Below, piece after piece: positions 57,233-64,000 of a stretch of DNA of 64,000 nucleotides. The position numbers were made by a program, and so were the translations under genes. Under the pieces are notes generated by a model. The model worked only from the letters and a program-made list of their open reading frames with translations. It made no database searches and had not been told where the DNA came from. The stretch is from an uncultured Candidatus Rokubacteria bacterium (GTDB taxonomy: Bacteria; Methylomirabilota; Methylomirabilia; Rokubacteriales; CSP1-6): positions 1,088,001 through 1,152,000 of the forward strand of contig CAVWWD010000008.1 of the NCBI GenBank assembly GCA_963758635.1, given 5' to 3'. Position 1 is the first letter of the stretch; the number at the start of each line of letters is the position of its first letter.

Positions 57233-58381
57233 ATGAGTGATCAGCCGGTCTCCACCGAAGCGCCCCGCCGGAGGTTCCTCCGCAGTGTGGCCGCCGCGGG
57301 CGGCGCCACCCTCGCCTTCCCGATGGTGGCGAAGGCCCAGGGGCCCATCTCGATGCGTTGGCAGAGCACGTGGCCGCAGAAGGACATCTTCCACGAGTAC
57401 GCGCTGGACTTCGCCAAGAAGCTGAACGACATGACGGGCGGCGACCTGAAGATCGAGGTGCTCCCCGCCGGCGCGGTGGTGCCGGCCTTCGGCCTCCTCG
57501 ACGCGGTGTCCAAGGGGACGCTCGACGGGGGCCACGGCGTGCTCGCCTACCACTACGGCAAGCAGACGGCGCTCGCGCTCTGGGGCTCCGGCCCGGGCTA
57601 CGGCATGGACGCGAACATGCTGCTCTCGTGGCACAAGTACGGCGGGGGCAAGCAGCTCCTCACCAAGCTCTACCAGTCGATCGGGGCCAACGTGGTGTCG
57701 TTTCCCGTACGGACCGATGCCGACCCAGCCGCTGGGCTGGTTCAAGAAGCCCATCACCAAGGCCGACGACTTCAAGGGCCTCAAGTTCCGCACCGTGGGC
57801 ATCTCCATCGACCTGTTCACCGGCCTGGGCGCCGCGGTGAACGCGCTGTCCGGCGGCGAGATCGTGCCCGCCCTGGACCGCGGCCTCCTCGACGCCGCGG
57901 AGTTCAACAACGCGAGCTCCGACCGGATCCTGGGCTTCGCCGACGTCTCGAAGGTCTGCATGCTCGCAGAGCTATCACCAGAACGCGGAGCAGTTCGAGA
58001 TCACGTTCAACAAGACCAAGTTCGACGCCCTGCCCGACAAGATGCAAGGCCATCATCGAGGGCGCGGTGGAGGCGGCCTCCGCCGACATGTCGTGGAAGG
58101 CGGTGGACCGGTACTCGAAGGACTACATCGAGCTGCAGACCAAGGACAAGGTGCGGTTCTACAAGACGCCGGACTCCGTGCTCCAGAAGCAGCTCGAGAT
58201 CTACGACCAGGTGGCGGACAAGAAGGCGGCGGACAACCCGCTCTTCAAGGAGGTCGCGGAGTCGCAGAAGGCCTTCGCGGCCCGCGCCGTGAAGTGGGAC
58301 CTCGACACCAACGTCAGCCGGCGCATGGCGTACAACCACTACTTCGCCCGGGCGGCGGCGCCCGCGGGCAAGAAGAGCTAG
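57233..58381 (+). CDS. dctP: TRAP transporter substrate-binding protein, Tat signal (frameshifts)
   Basis: RRRFL; RWQSTWP, LKIEVLPAGAVVP, GWFKKPI...GLKFR and PALDRGLLDAAEF motifs. Confidence 0.9.
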   Translation: MSDQPVSTEAPRRRFLRSVAAAGGATLAFPMVAKAQGPISMRWQSTWPQKDIFHEYALDFAKKLNDMTGGDLKIEVLPAGAVVPAFGLLDAVSKGTLDGGHGVLAYHYGKQTALALWGSGPGYGMDANMLLSWHKYGGGKQLLTKLYQSIGANVVSFPVRTDADPAAGLVQEAHHQGRRLQGPQVPHRGHLHRPVHRPGRRGERAVRRRDRARPGPRPPRRRGVQQRELRPDPGLRRRLEGLHARRAITRTRSSSRSRSTRPSSTPCPTRCKAIIEGAVEAASADMSWKAVDRYSKDYIELQTKDKVRFYKTPDSVLQKQLEIYDQVADKKAADNPLFKEVAESQKAFAARAVKWDLDTNVSRRMAYNHYFARAAAPAGKKS

Positions 58382-58403
58382 CGCGCGGGTGACCCAGCCT
58401 CGG

Positions 58404-58441
58404 GGGGCGGCGCCTCCGGCGGAAGCCGGGGGCGCCGCCCC
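58404..58441. terminator. GC-rich hairpin after dctP
   Basis: GGGGCGGCGCCTCCGGC-GGAA-GCCGGGGGCGCCGCCCC. Confidence 0.55.
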
Positions 58442-58453
58442 TCGCCCTTCCCG

Positions 58454-59141
58454 ATGATCGCCGTCGTCCGCGCCATCGACCTCGTCAGCTACTGGTCGGG
58501 CAAGGCCTTCGCCTGGCTCATCATGGCCCTGACCTTCGTCGTGGCCATCGAGGTGTTCAAGCGGTACATCCTGAACGCGCCGACGGCCTGGATCTTCGAC
58601 TTCAACAACATGCTGTACGGCACGCTCTTCATGATGTGCGGCGCGTACACGCTGGCCCTCGCCGGCCACGTCCGCGCGGACTTCGTCTATCACCGTTTGC
58701 GGCCGCGCGCCCAGGCCGCCCTCGACCTCGTCCTCTTCCTTCTCTTCTTCGTTCCCGGCATCCTCGGGCTCATCTACGCCGGCTTCGACTTCGCGGCGCT
58801 GTCGTGGCGGATCGGCGAGCACTCCACCGTCACCGCGGAGGGGCCGCCCGGTGTACCACTTCAAGAGCGTCATCCCGCTCGCCGGCATCCTCGTCATCCT
58901 GCAGGGGCTGGGGGAGATCGTCCGCTGCGTCCTGTGCCTGCGCACCGGCGCGTGGCCGGCGCGCCTCGAGGACGTCGAGGAGATCGACGTGATCGAGACC
59001 CAGCTCGGCCACAGCGCGTACGTGGACGAGGAGTCACGCCAGGCCGCGATGCATGGCGCGCACGCCATCGACGAGGCGGCCCGGCACCGATCGGTGACGG
59101 ACGAGGCGGAGGGGCGAGAGGCGCCCGGGCGGAAGCCATGA
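58454..59141 (+). CDS. dctQ: TRAP small permease (frameshift near 58850)
   Basis: EVFKRYILNAPTAW, GAYTL...HVRADF and FKSVIP..LQG motifs. Confidence 0.9.
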
Positions 59142-61276
59142 GCGACCCCTGGCTCGGCCTCACCATGCTGGGGCTCATCGTGGTGGCCATCATGATGGGC
59201 TTCCCCACCGCGTTCACCCTGATGGGCCTCGGGATGGTCTTCGGCTACGTCGCCTTCTGGCAGGCCGGCCAGCACTGGTACGAGAGCCGCGTCTTCGACC
59301 TGATCGTCCAGCGCACCTACGGGGTCATGACCAACGACACCCTGCTGTCGGTGCCGCTGTTCGTGTTCATGGGCTACATCATGGAGCGGGCGGCGCTCGT
59401 CGACCGCATGTTCCACAGCGTGCAGCTCGCCTTCCGGCGCGTCCCGGCCTCGCTCGCCGTCACCACCCTCCTCGTGTGCGCGTTCTGGGGCATCGCCTCC
59501 GGGATCGTGGGCGCGGTGGTGGTGCTGATGGGGGTGATCGCGATGCGCCCGATGCTGAACGCGGGCTACGACGTCAAGCTCGCCGCCGGCGCCATCACCG
59601 CGGGGGGCACGCTCGGCATCCTGATCCCGCCGTCCGTCATGCTCATCGTGTACGCCGCGGTGGCCGGGCAGTCCATCGTGAAGCTCTACGCGGCGGCCAT
59701 GCTCCCGGGCTTCTTCCTCACGTTCCTCTACCTCGCCTACATCGTGGGCTGGGCGCTCATCAACCCGAGGATCGCGCCCAGGCTTCGCCCGGACCAGTAC
59801 CGCGTCGCCGTGCCCGACCACCTGCGGGGGCTCGAGCGAGGGAGCGGAGGGAACGTCGTTCGCGGGCTCGCTCGGCGCCGTCCTGTCTCCCGGCCGCTCG
59901 CGCAACCGCCTCGGGTGGGACGGGGTACCCGGCGATCGTCAAGGACGTGCTGGCGCTGTCCGTGCCCGTGCTCTTGACCTTCGGCGTCTTCCTGGCCACG
60001 TGGTGGTACGTGGTGGTCCACAACGCCCCGCAGACGGTGGCGACCGCGCCCGCGCCGGCGTCCCGTGCCGTCGCCACCGTGGCCACGGCGCCGCCCGCGA
60101 CGACCGCCGTCGTGGCCACGCCGCCCCCCGCGACGGCCGCCGCCCCCGCGGCCAAAGCGCCCGCCGAGGAGAAGCCGGAGGAGCTGGGCGCGGCCGGCGA
60201 CGCCGAGAAGGCGGCCGAGGGGGACAAGCCCCAGGAGCTGGGCGGGGCGAGCGAGTCCGAGCCGGCCGGCGCGGCGGCGAAGACGGACGCGCCCGCCCGA
60301 GGAGATGACATCGCTGCGGGACCCCGCGCAGGCCGCCTCGGGGGGCCAGGTTCCCTCGCACTTCTACCCGTGGTTCTGGGGGCTCGCCGCGGCCTCCACG
60401 GCGCTGCTCCTCTACTACTACTGGCGCATGGACGGTGAGCAGCTCCAGATCCTGAAGGAGCTGGTCTCCTCGGTGGTGCCCCTCGGCGTGCTCACGGTGG
60501 TGGTCCTCTCCGTGATCCTGTTCGGCATCTGCACCGCCACCGAGTCCGCGGCCATCGGCGCGCTGGGCGCGATGTACCTCGCCGTGATGGCGAAGTACGC
60601 GCGCGCGGTGCTGTTGTGGACCCTCGCCGGCTTCGTCCTCGGCGTGGTCCTCGGCTGGCACCAGGGCGAGGCCTGGGCGTCGCTGGCGGTGGCGGGCTCG
60701 ATCGGCGGCACCCTCGTCGGCACCGTGGTGCCCCTCCTCTGGTACCTGCGGATCTCGCCCGAGCTGCGGCTCAACCTCAAGCAGTCGACGTTCCTCACCG
60801 CGAAGACGACGGCGATGGTGTGCTGGCTCTTCGTGGGCTCGGCGCTCTTCTCGTCGGTGTTCGCGCTGCACGGCGGGCAGGGGCTCATCGAGCGGTGGGT
60901 GCTGAGCATGAACCTCTCTCCGCTCACCTTCATGCTCCTCGCCCAGGCCATCATCTTCCTGCTCGGCTGGCCGCTCGAGTGGACGGAGATCATCGTCATC
61001 TTCTGCCCGATCTTCATCCCGCTGCTCGCCCACTTCGACGTCGACCCGATCCTGTTCGGCACCATGGTCGCGGTGAACCTCCAGGCCGCCTTCCTCTCGC
61101 CCCCGGTGGCCATGTCGGCGTTCTACCTCAAGGGGGTCTCGCCGAAGCACGTCACCCTCAACCAGATCTTCGCGGGGATGATGCCGTACATGATCATCGT
61201 GTGCATCTGCCTCGCCTTCATGTACATCTGGCCGGGCATGACGCTGTGGCTGCCCGAGTTCCTCTACGGGAAGTGA
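59138..61276 (+). CDS. dctM: TRAP large permease with low-complexity insertion (frameshifts)
   Basis: GFPTAFTL, PLFVFMG, AGGTLGILIPPS, TATESAAIGA and NLQAAFLSPP motifs. Confidence 0.9.
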
Positions 61277-61284
61277 CGGGGCCC

Positions 61285-62622
61285 ATGGACCGGACGGGAC
61301 TCTGCTGGCTGCCCGCCTCGGAGGCCGCGCGCCTCGTTCGCCACGGGCAGCTCACCGCGCAGGAGCTGGTCGAGGCGTGCCTGGCGCGCATCGCCGAGGT
61401 CGACGGCCAGGTGCAGGCGTGGACGTTCCTCGACCCCGATCACGCGCGAGCCCAGGCGCGCGCGCTGGACGAGTGGAAGCTCGGCGGCAACCCGATCGGC
61501 CCGCTCCACGGCGTGCCCGTGGGCCTCAAGGACATCATCGACACCGCCGACATGCCGACGGAGAACGGCTCCGTGCTCCACGCCGGGCGGACGCCCTCCC
61601 GCGACGCCACGGTGACGGCCCGGCTGCGCGCCGCGGGCGCGGTGATCATGGGCAAGACCGTCACCACCGAGTTCGCCACCCGCTTCCCGGGCAAGACGCG
61701 CAATCCGCACAACCCCGCCCACACGCCGGGCGGGTCGTCCAGCGGGTCGGCGGCGGCGGTGGCCGCGGGCATGGTGCCGCTCGCGCTGGGCAGCCAGACC
61801 ACGGGCTCCACCATTCGGCCCGCCTCGTACTGCGGGGTGTGGGCTCTGAAGCCCACCCACGGCCTGATCTCGCGCGCGGGCATGTTCATGCTCTCGCGCT
61901 CGCTCGACCACGTGGGCCTGTTCGCGCGGACCGCGGAGGACCTGGCCCTCCTCGCCGAGGTCCTGGTCGGCCACGACGAGCACGACCCCGACACGCGGCC
62001 TCGCGCGCGCATCCCCTTCGTGGAGGTGACGGCCGAGGAGCCGCCCATCCCCCCGATGCTCGCCTTCCTCAAGACGCCCCTCTGGGACCGCGCCGACGAC
62101 GACACCCGGGGCGCCTTCGCCGAGCTCGTGGCGCACCTGGGCGACCGCGTCGAGGAGATCGACCTCGGGCCGGCCGCCGCCGACCTCTGGGACCTGCACG
62201 CCACGGTGTCGGGACCGGAGGTGGCGCTGAACCTCGAGCGCGAGTGGCAGACCGGCCGCGATCGGCTGTCCGCCGCGCTCCAGGAGCGCATCGAGCGCGG
62301 CCGGCAGGTGTCGGCCATCGACTACCTCCGGGGGCGGGCGCGGATCGGGCCCATGGTGGACGGGCTGCTGGAGCTGTTCCAGCAGCGCTACGACGCCATC
62401 CTCACGCCCGCCGCGTTCGGCACGGCGCCGGTCGGCCTGGCCTCCACCGGCGATCCCGCGTTCTGCTCGCCGTGGACGCTCTTCGGGATGCCCGCGGTCA
62501 ACGTCCCTCTCATGCAGGGCGAAAACGGCCTGCCCATCGGCGCCCAGCTCGTCGGCGCCCGCGACACGGATGCGCGCCTGCTGCGCACCGCGCGCTGGCT
62601 GGCCCGGAGCGTCGGGAGCTGA
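61285..62622 (+). CDS. Amidase-signature family enzyme
   Basis: GPLHGVPVGLKD, GGSSSGSAAAVA and GSQTTGSTIRPASYCG motifs. Confidence 0.93.
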   Translation: MDRTGLCWLPASEAARLVRHGQLTAQELVEACLARIAEVDGQVQAWTFLDPDHARAQARALDEWKLGGNPIGPLHGVPVGLKDIIDTADMPTENGSVLHAGRTPSRDATVTARLRAAGAVIMGKTVTTEFATRFPGKTRNPHNPAHTPGGSSSGSAAAVAAGMVPLALGSQTTGSTIRPASYCGVWALKPTHGLISRAGMFMLSRSLDHVGLFARTAEDLALLAEVLVGHDEHDPDTRPRARIPFVEVTAEEPPIPPMLAFLKTPLWDRADDDTRGAFAELVAHLGDRVEEIDLGPAAADLWDLHATVSGPEVALNLEREWQTGRDRLSAALQERIERGRQVSAIDYLRGRARIGPMVDGLLELFQQRYDAILTPAAFGTAPVGLASTGDPAFCSPWTLFGMPAVNVPLMQGENGLPIGAQLVGARDTDARLLRTARWLARSVGS

Positions 62623-62629
62623 CGCGGCG

Positions 62630-64000
62630 ATGATCGTCCTCGGGATCAACGAGACGCACTGCGCGACCGCCGCCGTCCTCCGCGACGGTCGGATCGTCGC
62701 CTGCGCCTCCGAGGAGCGCTTCTCGCGCCTCAAGAACGACGCCGGGTATCCGCGCCGCGCGGTGGACGCGGTGCTCGCCGAGGCGGGCGTCGCCCCGGGG
62801 CAGGTGGACCTGGTCGCCCTCGCGGGCGCGCGCGCCGCGTCGCGCGAGTGGCTGAACCGCGTGCTCCACGACGAGGACTACATCCGCGAGTACTACGCGG
62901 TGAGCTGGCCGTCGCCGCGACGGGCCCTCGGCAAGCGCGTGCGGAAGCTCGGCGCGAAGCTCGGGCTGATGGACCCCTCGCGCGGGAAGTTCGCGCTGAG
63001 CCAGTCCGAGCGCCTGGGGCTCGTCACGTCGCACCTCGGCGTGCCGGCCGGGAAGATCGCCTGCCTCGACCACCACGCCTGCCACGCCGCGGCCGCGTAC
63101 TGGGGCTCGGGCTTCCGGGGCCGCGAGGCCCTCGTGCTCACCAACGACAACTCCGGCGACGGGCTCTGCGCCACCGCCTCCACCGGGCACGAGCTGTCCC
63201 TGACGCGGCACGAGGCGTCGCCCAGCGCGCCCGGGTCGGTGGGGGCCTTCTACTCGTTCGTGACGCTCGCCCTCGGCATGAAGTTCGGCGAGCACGAGTA
63301 CAAGGTGATGGGCCTGGCCCCGTACGCCGGCGAGCGCTGGGCCGAGCGCGGCGAGCGGGCGCTGCGGGAGGTGTTCGATCTCGAGGCGAGCCGGCCGGCC
63401 CGATTCGCGTGGAAGAAGCCCGGCGAGCGCTACCAGCTCCTGCTGCGGACCACGCTCGGGCTGCGCTTCGACGCCGTGGCCGCCGGCGCCCAGCGGCTCC
63501 TCGAGGACCTCCTCGTGCGCTGGACCCGGCTGATGCGCGAGCGCTACGGCGGCGCGCGGCTGGCCCTGGGCGGCGGCGTCTTCATGAACGTCAAGGCGAA
63601 CATGCTCCTGGCCCGCGAGGCCGGCGTCGAGGAGCTGTTCGTGTTCCCGTCGTGCGGCGACGAGTCGAACGCGGTGGGCGCCGCGTACCTCGGCTACCTC
63701 CAGGAGTGCGCGCGCCGGGGTGTCACGCCCGCGCCGGCGCCCTTCGGCCACGCCTACCTCGGGCCCGCCGTCACCGACGCCGAGGTCGAGGACGTGATCC
63801 GCGCGCGCGATCTCGCCGGGCGCTACAAGGTGGCGTTCCACGACCGCATCGAGGAGCGCGTGGCCGAGCTCCTGGTCATCGGACGGCGTGGTGGCCCGCT
63901 GCGCGGGGCGGATGGAGTTCGGGGCGCGGGCCCTCGGCAACCGGTCGATCCTCGCCAACCCGTCCGACCCGCGGGTGGCCGGCACCATCAACCGGATGAT
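62630..64000 (+). CDS. NodU/CmcH-family carbamoyltransferase (partial, runs off window)
   Basis: Own translation: MIVLGINETHCATAA, EERFSRLK, DHHACHAAAAY, EYKVMGLAPY, GGVFMNVKAN and GRMEFGARALGNRSILANP. Confidence 0.92.
   Translation, partial: MIVLGINETHCATAAVLRDGRIVACASEERFSRLKNDAGYPRRAVDAVLAEAGVAPGQVDLVALAGARAASREWLNRVLHDEDYIREYYAVSWPSPRRALGKRVRKLGAKLGLMDPSRGKFALSQSERLGLVTSHLGVPAGKIACLDHHACHAAAAYWGSGFRGREALVLTNDNSGDGLCATASTGHELSLTRHEASPSAPGSVGAFYSFVTLALGMKFGEHEYKVMGLAPYAGERWAERGERALREVFDLEASRPARFAWKKPGERYQLLLRTTLGLRFDAVAAGAQRLLEDLLVRWTRLMRERYGGARLALGGGVFMNVKANMLLAREAGVEELFVFPSCGDESNAVGAAYLGYLQECARRGVTPAPAPFGHAYLGPAVTDAEVEDVIRARDLAGRYKVAFHDRIEERVAELLVIGRRGGPLRGADGVRGAGPRQPVDPRQPVRPAGGRHHQPDD

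Overview
Very GC-rich bacterial chromosome segment from a diderm organism (outer-membrane porin, MsbA-like transporter). Gene content and repeat style suggest Candidatus Rokubacteria/Methylomirabilota, which is an inference only. Many conserved genes carry single-base frameshifts, so this looks like an unpolished long-read sequence. In order, the window holds: a GGDEF/REC pair; tusA with an atypical IscS-like gene and a HAD hydrolase; a small integrase-less integron cassette array (hypothetical gene and hicBA) bracketed by a ~170-bp structured repeat; a coenzyme F420 cluster (npdG, cofE, cofC, cofD, cofH, cofG and two F420-dependent enzymes); a sigma54 nitrogen island (PII, amtB, glnA, porin, ANTAR regulator, urtABCDE, ureABCEFGD, stand-alone NtrC-type HTH); a phosphate locus (phoB-phoR-sthA-phoB2-pstSCAB-phoU-LOG); nadE; envelope genes; a cysteine-free Mrp ATPase; a TRAP transporter with an amidase; and a partial carbamoyltransferase. 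The best leads are: (1) a layered nitrogen circuit of five sigma54 promoters with paired 17-bp enhancer boxes, a 'mini-NtrC' HTH-only gene that is itself in the regulon, and a pseudo-receiver ANTAR protein with candidate dual-hairpin targets; (2) an IscS homolog lacking the PLP lysine, paired with TusA; (3) attC cassettes joined exactly to a covarying hairpin repeat; (4) an Mrp protein with no cysteines and a His-rich linker.
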